The notes under the pieces are model-generated. The model made no database searches. It worked only from the letters and a program-made list of their open reading frames with translations, and had not been told where the DNA came from. From the NCBI GenBank assembly GCA_964603255.1, contig CAZRVA010000004.1, positions 3,532-58,688 of the forward strand: a DNA stretch of 55,157 nucleotides, in the 5' to 3' direction. This document shows positions 27,983 through 38,043 of the stretch, in pieces (within the stretch, counting starts at the first letter, position 1; each line of letters opens with the position of its first letter). The stretch comes from an uncultured Chitinophaga sp. (lineage in GTDB: Bacteria > Bacteroidota > Bacteroidia > UKL13-3). The translations under genes were made by a program, and so were the position numbers.

Positions 27983-29317
27983 ATGGCCAGAAAAGTTTCA
28001 GACAAAAAAATCTTCGTTTTAGATACCTCAGTTATTTTATACGACCATAAATGCATCAACAATTTTCAAGAGCATGATGTAGCAATTCCTATAACGGTGC
28101 TTGAAGAATTGGATAATTTTAAAAAAGGAAACGACACCATAAACTACGAGGCTCGTGAGTTTATTCGCTACCTGGATAAGTTGTCTGGTGAATACACCTT
28201 AACCGAATGGATTCCGATTAACGGCAGAGGGCGCGGAAAATTACGTGTTCAGTTTAAAGAGAAAGCAAGTGTAGATGCGATGGTAGTTTTTGGCGACCGA
28301 AAAGCTGATCACAAAATACTAAATGCAGCCATGGCCATTAGCGAAGAGTACCCTTCGCGAAAAGTGGTTATGGTTACAAAAGATGTTAACCTCAGGCTCA
28401 AAGCAAAATCGTTAAACATTACTGCCGAGGATTACGAAACCGGTAAAATTAAAAACCTGGATACCCTTCATACCGGTATTTCAACCATAGATGGTGTTAA
28501 ACAATCTGTTATTGATTTGATATATGCAGATGGTTTTGTTAGCTACGATTTGTTGTTTAAAAAGAAACCTGCGGCCAACCATTACTTCGTTTTAAAAAAT
28601 AACAAAACAAGCGTGTTGTGTTACTACAACCATCAAAACGAAAGTATTGAGCGTATTGACAAACGCACTGCACACGGCATTAAACCACGTAATGCAGAAC
28701 AAACATTTGCTATGCATGCGGTACTTAATCCTAATGTGTCTTTAGTAAGTATACAAGGTGTGGCCGGTACCGGTAAAACACTTTTGGCACTTGCAGCTGC
28801 GCTTGAACAACGCCACAATTACCGCCAAATTTATTTAGCCAGACCAATAGTTCCGCTGGGCAATAAAGACATTGGTTATTTACCGGGTGATATTAAAAGT
28901 AAAATTAACCCATACATGGAACCACTCTGGGACAACTTAAAGTTGATTCAAAACCAATGGAAAGAAACCGATAAAGAATACCAGAAAATAACAGAGATGG
29001 TAAATCAAGAAAAGTTAGTGGTTTCTCCTTTGGCTTATATCAGAGGACGTAGCTTATCTAATATTTTATTCATTATTGATGAAGCGCAAAACCTCACCCC
29101 GCTTGAAGTTAAAACCATTATTACAAGAGCAGGCGAAGGCAGCAAAATTGTATTTACGGGTGATGTTTTTCAGATAGATACACCCTATTTGGATGCACAA
29201 TCTAATGGACTAAGTTATTTGATAGACCGCATTAGAGACAACCCAATTTATGCGCATATTACTCTTGAAAAAGGCGAAAGAAGTGAACTGGCCAATGTAG
29301 CCAACTTATTATTGTAA
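27983..29317 (+). CDS. PIN-PhoH (PhoH2/YlaK-like) protein
   Basis: N-terminal PIN domain (FVLDTSVIL, VLEELD, TKDVNLRLKA); PhoH ATPase (GVAGTGKT, YIRGRSL, IIDEAQN, GDVFQID). Confidence 0.95.
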   Translation: MARKVSDKKIFVLDTSVILYDHKCINNFQEHDVAIPITVLEELDNFKKGNDTINYEAREFIRYLDKLSGEYTLTEWIPINGRGRGKLRVQFKEKASVDAMVVFGDRKADHKILNAAMAISEEYPSRKVVMVTKDVNLRLKAKSLNITAEDYETGKIKNLDTLHTGISTIDGVKQSVIDLIYADGFVSYDLLFKKKPAANHYFVLKNNKTSVLCYYNHQNESIERIDKRTAHGIKPRNAEQTFAMHAVLNPNVSLVSIQGVAGTGKTLLALAAALEQRHNYRQIYLARPIVPLGNKDIGYLPGDIKSKINPYMEPLWDNLKLIQNQWKETDKEYQKITEMVNQEKLVVSPLAYIRGRSLSNILFIIDEAQNLTPLEVKTIITRAGEGSKIVFTGDVFQIDTPYLDAQSNGLSYLIDRIRDNPIYAHITLEKGERSELANVANLLL

Positions 29318-29323
29318 ATTTGT

Positions 29324-29354
29324 AAAACGAGGTAACCAAAAGTTACCTCGTTTT
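29324..29354 (+). terminator. Rho-independent terminator after PIN-PhoH
   Basis: AAAACGAGGTAAC-N5-GTTACCTCGTTTT. Confidence 0.75.
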
Positions 29355-29380
29355 AATTTACTGTTTACCCGTTATTATTT

Positions 29381-31849
29381 ATGCTCGGATTAAGCCACGA
29401 AGAAGCTGAAATACTTTTAAAGAAGTTTGGTTACAACGAACTACCAAGCGCCAAACCCAAGAATGTTCTGCGAATAGCACAAGAGGTTATTAAAGAACCT
29501 ATGTTTCTGCTTTTACTTGCATGTGCTACAATTTATGTTTTAGTGGGCGATCACTCGGAAGGTATAATTATGTTTTCTTCCATTGTATTGATTATTTCCA
29601 TTACTTTCTATCAGTACCGCAAAACAGAAAAAGCCCTTGATGCACTTAAAAAATTATCATCACCAAGGGTATTGGTAAGAAGAAATGGTGAAGAAATAAG
29701 AATTGCCGGACGTGATATTGTGCCGGGCGATTTAATGTTGGTAAACGAAGGTGATCGTATTGCAGCTGATGCTATTTTAATTGAAAGTGTAAACTTAAAA
29801 GTGGATGAATCGATACTTACAGGCGAATCGATAGCGATTGAAAAAGACCCGCACACCGAACAACTTGAACTGTACAGTGGCACTTTAGTTGTACAAGGAA
29901 AGGGTGTGGCTAAAGTTACGCAAACTGGCACAAATGCTAAGCTTGGCTCCATTGCGACTTCATTAAAAAACATAGAAGACAGCGAACCTAAATTGCAACA
30001 AGAGATGAAAATCTTAATCCGTAATTTAGGCATTGGAGGAATTGTTATAAGTGTAGCGGTTGTTGTTTTATTTTATTTTACCCGTGGCAATTTTGTTCAA
30101 TCGTTGCTTACAGGCTTATCATCAGCTATGGCTATTTTGCCAGAAGAGTTTCCGGTGGTGTTAACCATATTTATGGCATTAGGTGCATGGCGTATGTCTA
30201 AGAAAAATGTACTTACTCGCAAACCTGCTGTTATAGAATCTTTAGGTTCGGCAACCATTTTATGCAGTGATAAAACAGGTACCATCACCCAAAACAAAAT
30301 GGAAGTTTCGGCACTTTGTGTGCAGGGCAATATCATCAAAAAAGATGCTTTTAATAACTTGTCGCAATCTGCATTAAGCATTATTGCTACTGCAAATAAC
30401 GCCACTCCACCAGACAGTATCGACCCGATGGAAAAAGCCATCATCAGCCTTCATCATCATCACCAAAAAAGTAGTGAACAAAACCTTATAAGAGAATATC
30501 CTTTAACCAAAAAGTTACTGGCCATGACAAGGGTAATTGATTCAGGCAACGAAATATTGGTATCAACAAAAGGTGCTCCCGAAGCTATTTTTAGTTTGTG
30601 TGGTTTAAGTCATGATGAAGTTCAAAAAGAACTAACTCATGTTAACGAAATGGCTCAACTTGGATACCGGGTTTTAGGTGTTGCTCAAACCAAATACAAC
30701 AAACCTGTTTTACCTGAAGCACAACACGATTTTGAATTAACGTATTTGGGGTTGATTGCATTTGAAGACCCAATACGTCCTGAGGTTCCGCAAGCTGTAG
30801 CAGCATGTAAACAAGCAGGCATAAAGGTGATGATGATAACCGGAGATTACCCTGCAACAGCTAAAACCATTGCACAGCAAGCAGGATTAGAAGTAAGTGG
30901 ATTGATAACCGGTAAAGAAATAAACGAGTTGAATGATGTTGATTTACAAACGAGACTTGCTCGTGTTACCGTTGTTGCCCGTGCCGTTCCCGAACAAAAG
31001 CTACGCATTATTAAAGCACTTCAAAACAGTGGTGAAATAGTTGCTATGACAGGTGATGGGGTAAACGATGCACCGGCTTTAAAGGCTGCAAACATTGGCA
31101 TAGCCATGGGCAATAAAGGTACTGATGTGGCACGCGAAGCATCAGCAATTGTATTGTTAGACGATAATTTTGCCTCTATTGTATCGGGTGTTAAACTAGG
31201 TAGACGTATTTATGATAACTTACAAAAGGCCATGTCGTACATTATGGCGATACACATGCCGATTATTGGAATGGTTTTACTCCCAGCTGTATTTCCAAAG
31301 CTACCAATTTTGTTGCTACCGCTACACATTATTTTTATGGAGTTAATTATTGATCCGGTTTGTTCTGTTGCGTTTGAATCAGAACAAGATGAAGTTGATA
31401 TTATGACCCGACCACCACACAATGTTAATGAAAGTTTTTTTGGCTTTAAACAAATCCTTAGAAGCTCGCTGCGTGGTTTTATTTTGTTGGCTATGATTAT
31501 TGTGGTGTATGATATATCAGCCACAATGCACTACACCGAAAACGAATTACGTGCGATAACATTTACTGCCTTAATTTTAGGTAACGTAGTTTTAATCTTA
31601 TCAAACCTATCTAAAACAAGAAATTTTGTAGCGGTAATTTTAGAGAACAACATAGCTACAAGCATCATGGTTTCGGCAGCATTGTTAATTACAGGAATGA
31701 TACTTTTTGTGCCTGCACTTCAAGTGTTATTTAAGGTTCAACCTCCCGACTTTAGAGGATTTGTAGCACCTTTAGCAGGCGCTTTATTATTACTTGTTTT
31801 GTTTGAGTCTGTAAAATACATTACCAAAACAAAACAAGTTAAACGTTAA
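29381..31849 (+). CDS. Cation-translocating P-type ATPase (type II-like, TM4 motif PEEFP)
   Basis: TGES, DKTGT (phosphorylation site), KGAPE, DPIRPE, MITGD, TGDGVNDAPALK. Confidence 0.95.
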   Translation: MLGLSHEEAEILLKKFGYNELPSAKPKNVLRIAQEVIKEPMFLLLLACATIYVLVGDHSEGIIMFSSIVLIISITFYQYRKTEKALDALKKLSSPRVLVRRNGEEIRIAGRDIVPGDLMLVNEGDRIAADAILIESVNLKVDESILTGESIAIEKDPHTEQLELYSGTLVVQGKGVAKVTQTGTNAKLGSIATSLKNIEDSEPKLQQEMKILIRNLGIGGIVISVAVVVLFYFTRGNFVQSLLTGLSSAMAILPEEFPVVLTIFMALGAWRMSKKNVLTRKPAVIESLGSATILCSDKTGTITQNKMEVSALCVQGNIIKKDAFNNLSQSALSIIATANNATPPDSIDPMEKAIISLHHHHQKSSEQNLIREYPLTKKLLAMTRVIDSGNEILVSTKGAPEAIFSLCGLSHDEVQKELTHVNEMAQLGYRVLGVAQTKYNKPVLPEAQHDFELTYLGLIAFEDPIRPEVPQAVAACKQAGIKVMMITGDYPATAKTIAQQAGLEVSGLITGKEINELNDVDLQTRLARVTVVARAVPEQKLRIIKALQNSGEIVAMTGDGVNDAPALKAANIGIAMGNKGTDVAREASAIVLLDDNFASIVSGVKLGRRIYDNLQKAMSYIMAIHMPIIGMVLLPAVFPKLPILLLPLHIIFMELIIDPVCSVAFESEQDEVDIMTRPPHNVNESFFGFKQILRSSLRGFILLAMIIVVYDISATMHYTENELRAITFTALILGNVVLILSNLSKTRNFVAVILENNIATSIMVSAALLITGMILFVPALQVLFKVQPPDFRGFVAPLAGALLLLVLFESVKYITKTKQVKR

Positions 31850-31863
31850 TAAAATATAAAAAT

Positions 31864-32712
31864 CTAAGGTCTGAATTTGAACACAATGGTAATGGTACCA
31901 AATTGTTCTTCGGGTGCATTTGGATTTGCAGAGAAACGAGTATCCAAAGCAGCTTGTTTTGCCTTTGCAAGCAATATTGGGCTTAATGTGGTTGTACCTC
32001 TTTGATTAGGCATTGCTTTAGTTACTTTACCTGTTCTATCCACCACAATACTCACCACTACTTTTCCTATTTCTTTTGAGTTATCTTCAATATTTGGTCT
32101 GCGTGCTAAACTACGACCTTTTAATTCATAAGTTAATCCATCTCCACTACCTGGCCCGGTGCCGCTTCCTGTGCCTGTTCCGCTACCATTGCCACCGTTT
32201 CCATAACCATTTCCGTTCGGGTCGCCATTTGGATCACCATCAGGTGCACCTTGGTTTCCGGGAGCATCGCCATCACCATGACCACTTGCATCAGCATTAT
32301 TGGTTCGTTTTTTAAATAAACTTTTTTCGTCTGGTCTGCGTGGTTGTTCAATAGGTTTCTCTATTGGTTTTTCAACCGGCTTTTTAATTTCTGTTTTCTT
32401 TACCTCTTTAGGTGCAACTACCGCAGGTGCTTCTTCCACATCTTGTGTTGCAACAGGTTGCTCTGTTTCTTCAACTGGTGGGGTTGGCTCTGGCACACTA
32501 GGATCTGTAACCGGCACATCACTCGGGCCTCCCATATTTTCTTCACCTAAAGCCATGGTTAAGCCCATACCTCCGTATTCCAAAGGCGGGTCTGGTGGCG
32601 ATAAAACCAACCACCATAGCAACAATAATAACAGTGCATGTATGAGTGTAGTACCCACATATCCAACAATTTTATTGCGTTGTTCCTGATTATTTAATGA
32701 TGCGTCCGACAT
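31864..32712 (-). CDS. tonB: Energy transducer TonB family protein
   Basis: N-terminal TM with HALLLLL, Pro/Glu/Lys-rich linker, Gly-rich segment, C-terminal GKVVVSIVVDRTGKV...GTITIVF; downstream of exbB-exbD. Confidence 0.88.
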   Translation of the reverse strand: MSDASLNNQEQRNKIVGYVGTTLIHALLLLLLWWLVLSPPDPPLEYGGMGLTMALGEENMGGPSDVPVTDPSVPEPTPPVEETEQPVATQDVEEAPAVVAPKEVKKTEIKKPVEKPIEKPIEQPRRPDEKSLFKKRTNNADASGHGDGDAPGNQGAPDGDPNGDPNGNGYGNGGNGSGTGTGSGTGPGSGDGLTYELKGRSLARRPNIEDNSKEIGKVVVSIVVDRTGKVTKAMPNQRGTTTLSPILLAKAKQAALDTRFSANPNAPEEQFGTITIVFKFRP

Positions 32713-32720
32713 AATTTTGA

Positions 32721-33119
32721 TTACTCCGGTTGTGTAGCTAAAACGGCTTTAGCCTTTAATTTATTGCACACTTTCATGATATGAACCAAATTTTCAACGG
32801 CCACACTTTTATCACAATTAATTGAAACAACAGCATCATCTGCATTTACTGCCTGAAGTTGATTACCCAATTCTGTTTCCAATGCTTCTTGCGAAGTTTG
32901 TGTACCATTTACATACCATAACAAATCGGCAGTTACACTTACCGATATTGCCTTAGGAGTGGTAACCTGGTTATTTGCTTTAGGCAAGCTCACTTTAATG
33001 GCATTAGGACTTACCAATGTTGATGTGATCATAAAAAATATGAGCAACAAAAACACCAAGTCGGTCATAGATGCCATACTAAAATCCGGCTTAACCTTTG
33101 TTCGTCTTTTAAATGCCAT
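32721..33119 (-). CDS. exbD: Biopolymer transporter ExbD
   Basis: SMTDLVFLLLIFFMITST; D.SVAVENLVHIM. Confidence 0.93.
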   Translation of the reverse strand: MAFKRRTKVKPDFSMASMTDLVFLLLIFFMITSTLVSPNAIKVSLPKANNQVTTPKAISVSVTADLLWYVNGTQTSQEALETELGNQLQAVNADDAVVSINCDKSVAVENLVHIMKVCNKLKAKAVLATQPE

Positions 33120-33121
33120 AA

Positions 33122-33787
33122 CTAAGCAGGTTCTTGTAATAAGTCTATAAACTCAACAGCACTTGCTTCCATGCGGTGAATAATTTTCTCAATCATTGAA
33201 GTTAATTGGTTGTATGCGATGTAGGCAAATATACCAATTATTAAACCAGCTACTGTTGTAACCAATGCCTCATAAATACCACCGGCCAATAAACCAACTG
33301 TAAGGTTTGCACCAGCACTACTCATTTTGTGAAACGCAGAAACCATACCGGTTACCGTGCCCAAGAAACCCAACATTGGCGCTGCACCACTAATGGTTGC
33401 TAGTGTTGGCATACCGGTTTCTAGTTTGTTGATTTCGATGTTACCAACATTATGAATAGAAGTATCAATATCTTGCAAAGGTTTACCAATACGTGTAACA
33501 CCCTTTTCAATCATGCGTGCTACAGGTGAGTTGGTGCGCTCACAAAGCGCTTTAGCTCCTTTAATGTTTCCGTTTAACACCAAATCTTTAATGTTTGCCA
33601 TAAAATTAGCTTCAAGCTTTGAGGCTTTTTTAAGTGTTAAATAACGTTCGATAGTTAAATAAACAGCTATGATGCTAAGTATGGCCAAAGGAATCATAAC
33701 CGGACCACCTTTCATGGTAAGGTCAATTAAATTGATTGATTCGCTTGCAGGAGCTGCTTCGGTAATTTGCAATAATGTATGATTCAT
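33122..33787 (-). CDS. exbB: MotA/TolQ/ExbB proton channel protein
   Basis: LATISGAAPMLGFLGTVTGMV, GGIYEALVTTVAGL. Confidence 0.93.
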   Translation of the reverse strand: MNHTLLQITEAAPASESINLIDLTMKGGPVMIPLAILSIIAVYLTIERYLTLKKASKLEANFMANIKDLVLNGNIKGAKALCERTNSPVARMIEKGVTRIGKPLQDIDTSIHNVGNIEINKLETGMPTLATISGAAPMLGFLGTVTGMVSAFHKMSSAGANLTVGLLAGGIYEALVTTVAGLIIGIFAYIAYNQLTSMIEKIIHRMEASAVEFIDLLQEPA

Positions 33788-33946
33788 ATTGGTTAAAATG
33801 CGGTTTTAATTACTTTACTAAATAAGTGTATTACTATGGCAACATCACCCCGCACTTAACAACATTTACACAACCATTTTATTGTATGTGTATAGTTTTT
33901 TATCGACAAAAAATTAGATTTTTCGCACCTATCATTAACCCAAATA

Positions 33947-34426
33947 TTAGGGTATAACTTGGTTAACCAACAGCTGCAGTTCTTCAAAGGTAAGCTCACC
34001 TTCTTTAAAGTGCCTATAGCCTATATCTCCCTTCACCATTAGCGTTGCGGGTATTGCGCCACTCCATTCTTCACTAACTTTATTAATCCATTTATCGGCA
34101 TTTACCTCGTTTATAAATACAACTTGTTGGGTTAGTTTTTTAGCTTTTATAAAATCGGTAACACGTGTTGCAATATCTTTGCGCATATCTGTTGTCACCA
34201 AAAATATTTTCACTTTTTTGTTGGCACAACTATCGGCTAGTTGTTCAAAGTAAGGTAACTCTTCTACACATGGCTTGCACCAAGTTGCCCAAAAATTTAC
34301 TACGTATAAAGTATCGCCTTTTGATGCGTTGATTTCATCAATCCACTGAGGTGTTACTGTTTTTATTTGTTGAGCTTGTGCCTTCCACATCAAACCAAAC
34401 ATGATGATAAACAATAGATTTTTCAT
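33947..34426 (-). CDS. TlpA-like thiol-disulfide oxidoreductase
   Basis: Signal peptide, VVNFWATWCKPCVEELP, WSGAIPAT. Confidence 0.92.
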   Translation of the reverse strand: MKNLLFIIMFGLMWKAQAQQIKTVTPQWIDEINASKGDTLYVVNFWATWCKPCVEELPYFEQLADSCANKKVKIFLVTTDMRKDIATRVTDFIKAKKLTQQVVFINEVNADKWINKVSEEWSGAIPATLMVKGDIGYRHFKEGELTFEELQLLVNQVIP

Positions 34427-34430
34427 ATTC

Positions 34431-34438
34431 CAAATGTA
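34431..34438 (-). promoter_or_regulatory. Bacteroidota -7 box (TACATTTG), 4 nt before the TlpA start codon
   Basis: Minus strand reads TACATTTG-GAAT-ATG. Confidence 0.5.
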
Positions 34439-34496
34439 ATATTTAAGTGTTGATGTGGCTGTAGCTTTTGATATAAAACTAGTTTTAAAGAAATAT

Positions 34497-35498
34497 TTAA
34501 GCTTCCTCGTTTTGTTCTTTACGTAACACCACTACCCTGTTTGCCTTAATGGTTTTGTATGATTTAATTTCTTCAACCGCTTTATCTATGGCAATATTTA
34601 ACTCGTAACCCAACAACAAAATATAAGTATTAATATAAATGAGCAACATAATTACGATAAGCACACCAATTGATCCATATACTTTGTTGTAAGTATTAAA
34701 TTCGTTGATGTAAGCAGAAAAACCAAGTGTTGTAATTAATATGGAAACGCAAGAGAATACAGCACCGGGAGAAATAAATTTCCATTGTTTGTTGTGATTT
34801 GGTGCCATGTAAAATATCATGCTGATAAAAAATAACACCAAAACAGCCACAATTCCTATATTTAGCATCACCAATAACACAGGGGTTATTTTTGATGGGA
34901 AATAGGCCAGCTTATCCAAATACTTAATAGAGAAATTACCCACGGTTAATAAGCCAACTGCTATTAATAATGAAACGGAAACAATAACAGCTAGTATGAT
35001 GGCCACAATTCTTTTTTTCCAAAACGAACGCGTTTCTTTTTGTTTGCCGTATTTATTTAATGCATTCATTAACGATACAAATCCATTGGTACTAAAATAC
35101 ATGGCTGTTAAGAAACCTAACGACAATAAGCCTCCACGTTGGTTATTTAAAATGTCAACCAAAGTAGTTTGAGCCGCTTTGTATGCACTAGTTGGTAGCA
35201 ATTTTTCAAAAAACAACAATATGCTTTGGTGACTGTTACTGATGGGTATGTATGCTATTAACGTAAATATAAAAATGATGGAAGGAAACAATGCCAAAAA
35301 GAAGGTAAACGACAACGAAGTTGCTCTCAACTGCAAATCTCTTCTATCAACCCAACGGATAAAAAACTCAAGTACACTATACCAACTTATGCCTGCATAA
35401 CCCGGAAATTGTTTGCTTTGTGCAAATGCAATAAAACGCTTGGCCACTGAAGTACTTAGCAACTTGCGGGTTATTTTATTTGCTTTGGGTTGACGCAT
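34497..35498 (-). CDS. YihY/virulence factor BrkB family membrane protein
   Basis: ATSLSFTFFLALFP, FSTNGFVSLMNALN, YNKVYGSIGVLIVIMLLIY. Confidence 0.92.
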   Translation of the reverse strand: MRQPKANKITRKLLSTSVAKRFIAFAQSKQFPGYAGISWYSVLEFFIRWVDRRDLQLRATSLSFTFFLALFPSIIFIFTLIAYIPISNSHQSILLFFEKLLPTSAYKAAQTTLVDILNNQRGGLLSLGFLTAMYFSTNGFVSLMNALNKYGKQKETRSFWKKRIVAIILAVIVSVSLLIAVGLLTVGNFSIKYLDKLAYFPSKITPVLLVMLNIGIVAVLVLFFISMIFYMAPNHNKQWKFISPGAVFSCVSILITTLGFSAYINEFNTYNKVYGSIGVLIVIMLLIYINTYILLLGYELNIAIDKAVEEIKSYKTIKANRVVVLRKEQNEEA

Positions 35499-35560
35499 TG
35501 GTTGTTGGTTGATTGGTTGATTGGTTGATTGGTTGATTGGTTGATTGGTTGATTGGTTTA
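35498..35560. repeat. Octamer simple sequence repeat (TTGGTTGA)6 plus two partial units
   Basis: Six perfect copies at 35505-35552, flanked by TTGGTTG and TTGGTTTA; directly upstream of the yihY ATG. Confidence 0.92.
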
Positions 35561-35582
35561 AAAGCTTTCCAACTTCCAGCCT

Positions 35583-35999
35583 CTAACTTCCAGCATCAAA
35601 AAACGGTGCAAACTTATCTATCAATATTTGGGGACAACGGGTTACTTTGTTGGTTTTCATATCAACAAAAACCAGAGTGGTTTGGCCGGTACAAAGCAAT
35701 TCGTTGCCTTCGTTGTACACTTCATAATCGATGATGGTTTTAACTGTAGGCATGGTTTTAAATATGGCCTTTATGGTTAATAAATCATCATACTTAGCCG
35801 ATTTTTTGTAGTTCATGGTTAGGTTTACCACCGGCATCATGATACCGTTTTCTTCCAAACTGCGGTATGTAACATCAATTTGACGTAATGCTTCGGTACG
35901 CGCAATTTCAAAATACAATGCATAATTACCATGATACACCACGCCCATTTGATCGGTTTCGCCATAACGAACGCGTATTTGTGTTTGTGCTGTAAACAT
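35583..35999 (-). CDS. Acyl-CoA thioesterase (YbgC/FadM family)
   Basis: RVRYGETDQMGVVYHGNYALYFEIARTE. Confidence 0.93.
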   Translation of the reverse strand: MFTAQTQIRVRYGETDQMGVVYHGNYALYFEIARTEALRQIDVTYRSLEENGIMMPVVNLTMNYKKSAKYDDLLTIKAIFKTMPTVKTIIDYEVYNEGNELLCTGQTTLVFVDMKTNKVTRCPQILIDKFAPFFDAGS

Positions 36000-36000
36000 A

Positions 36001-37200
36001 TTAATGCTGTTGTTTTACAGCCAATGCGGCTATGGTTTTACCAATACTTAATGATGAAGTTGCAGCAGGCGATGGTGCATTTAACACATGTATGGCATTG
36101 GCTCTTTCAATAATTTTAAAATCATCTAACAAACCACCTGTGCGGTCGCAGGCTTGTGCGCGCACACCCGCTTCTGCAGGAATCAAATCATCCTCTTGCA
36201 CTTCTGGAATTAATCGTTGCAATGCTTTTGTAAATGCAGCTTTACTAAACGAACGGTAAAACTCACCCATACCTGTTTTCCAATATTTAGCTGCTACTTT
36301 TTGGAATCCCGGCCAAGCTAATGATTCAAACATTTCTTCCAAATCAACATCGCTTTTGTGGTAACCTTCGCGTTTAAAAGCAAACACAGCATTGGGTCCC
36401 GCCTCTACATCACCATGAATCATACGTGTAAAATGAACGCCCAAAAAAGGAAAATTAGGATCAGGGACAGGATAAATTAAGTTCTTTACCAAATGTCTTT
36501 TTTCTGGTTTAAGCATGTAATACTCACCTCTAAAAGGAATAATTTTAGTATCTGTTTCTTCGCCTGCAAGTTCAGCTACTTTGTCGCAATACAAACCTGC
36601 GCAGTTTACCAACATACTTGTGGCAAATGTTTTTAATGGTGTAATTACTTGGGTATAATCAGTTTCTACATGAATATCTTCTGCTTTGTGGTTTAGGTAT
36701 ATTTCTCCACCCATTTGTATAACCAACTCTGCCAACTTTTCACAAACTTCAGTATAATCTATAATACCTGTGTAAGGTACGTGTATGGCTTTTACTCCAT
36801 TTAAATGTGGCTCGTAATCGGCAATTTGTTCTTTGTTTAAGTAGGTAATTTTGGTTAAACCGTTTTCATGTCCACGTTTGTAAAGCTTTTCCAATTCGGG
36901 TAATTCACTGTCATCTACCGCAACAATTAGTTTACCACATAAGTCGAATTTTATTCCGTGCTCTTTACAAAAATCAACCATCATATTGTAGCCATCAATA
37001 CAATTTTTGGCTTTTAAACTGCCCGGTTTATAATAAATTCCTGAATGTATTACACCACTGTTATGTCCGGTTTGATGGGCCGCTACAGCAGATTCCTTCT
37101 CTAAAACAGCCAACTTTGCACTTGGCTGTAATTTTAATATGTGGTATGCAGAAGCCAGTCCTACTATGCCACCGCCAACAATTACGTAATCGTATTTCAT
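36001..37200 (-). CDS. lhgO: L-2-hydroxyglutarate oxidase
   Basis: VGGGIVG FAD site, HQTGHNSGVIHSGIYY, PFRGEYY, PFLGVHFT, NAPSPAATS. Confidence 0.94.
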   Translation of the reverse strand: MKYDYVIVGGGIVGLASAYHILKLQPSAKLAVLEKESAVAAHQTGHNSGVIHSGIYYKPGSLKAKNCIDGYNMMVDFCKEHGIKFDLCGKLIVAVDDSELPELEKLYKRGHENGLTKITYLNKEQIADYEPHLNGVKAIHVPYTGIIDYTEVCEKLAELVIQMGGEIYLNHKAEDIHVETDYTQVITPLKTFATSMLVNCAGLYCDKVAELAGEETDTKIIPFRGEYYMLKPEKRHLVKNLIYPVPDPNFPFLGVHFTRMIHGDVEAGPNAVFAFKREGYHKSDVDLEEMFESLAWPGFQKVAAKYWKTGMGEFYRSFSKAAFTKALQRLIPEVQEDDLIPAEAGVRAQACDRTGGLLDDFKIIERANAIHVLNAPSPAATSSLSIGKTIAALAVKQQH

Positions 37201-37393
37201 GATGTGCAAAGATTACACAATGTGGGTTTAAAACAAACCCATTAATAGGTAGATGGGTGTTGATTGTATGTAGAAGTGTGCATTAACCTGAACTGTTCAG
37301 TATTTTAAAATTATTAAATCTTGTTTATGCATGATCAAGATTTTATTATCTTTATTGATAATACCCAAAAGCACAATTCGTTGAACAAAACAA

Positions 37394-38029
37394 ATGAAAC
37401 TAAATCTATTAATATTAGTGGTACTTGGATTGACACTTTTCTCAAACCATTATCTTGATAATTCTTACCAAAACAACCACTATTCAATTGATTTATTGGG
37501 ACAATATACCCAAAATGAATTTTACACCCAAAGCCCCTTTAAACCAGATTTAAAATTGGTATACCTACAAATTGAGCAACTAAAAACAGAACAAATCCAA
37601 ATTAAAACTAAACTGTATTATCTTGAATTTTTGAATATCGGCCTAATCATCGTTCTACTTGTTGCAATATTTTACTTCACGTTTAACCGTAAACTTTCGG
37701 CATATGATGGAATCTTGGTGAGTTTATTTCCTCTAATATGTGCCACTTTCATTTTAATGATTTTAAGCTACCTTAATCATCATTTTATGGAGGGAGAAAG
37801 AGCTAACGACCAATTAATTAAAAGTGCCTATAATTTTCTTTTTGTATCAAACCCAATTTTCAGCTATTTAGGTTTCCGCTTAAATAGCATTGAGTTCAAA
37901 CTAAACCTTCATCAACAAACATGGATCAATTATTTGTGTTTAGGATTTTTCATTGTTTCAACAGTTGTAGTCATCTTTACTATGTTTGGATTACTTTTGA
38001 TACCTGACATCAGCAATTTTAAAAACTAG
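37394..38029 (+). CDS. Hypothetical membrane protein (first gene of accessory operon)
   Basis: Signal-like N-terminus plus about 4 hydrophobic segments. Confidence 0.65.
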   Translation: MKLNLLILVVLGLTLFSNHYLDNSYQNNHYSIDLLGQYTQNEFYTQSPFKPDLKLVYLQIEQLKTEQIQIKTKLYYLEFLNIGLIIVLLVAIFYFTFNRKLSAYDGILVSLFPLICATFILMILSYLNHHFMEGERANDQLIKSAYNFLFVSNPIFSYLGFRLNSIEFKLNLHQQTWINYLCLGFFIVSTVVVIFTMFGLLLIPDISNFKN

Positions 38030-38043
38030 TTTTCAGCTATTTA

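Noticed and set aside
32133-32240. G/C-rich repetitive stretch in tonB
   Set aside because: Ordinary Gly/Asn/Asp-rich linker codons, with no independent element.
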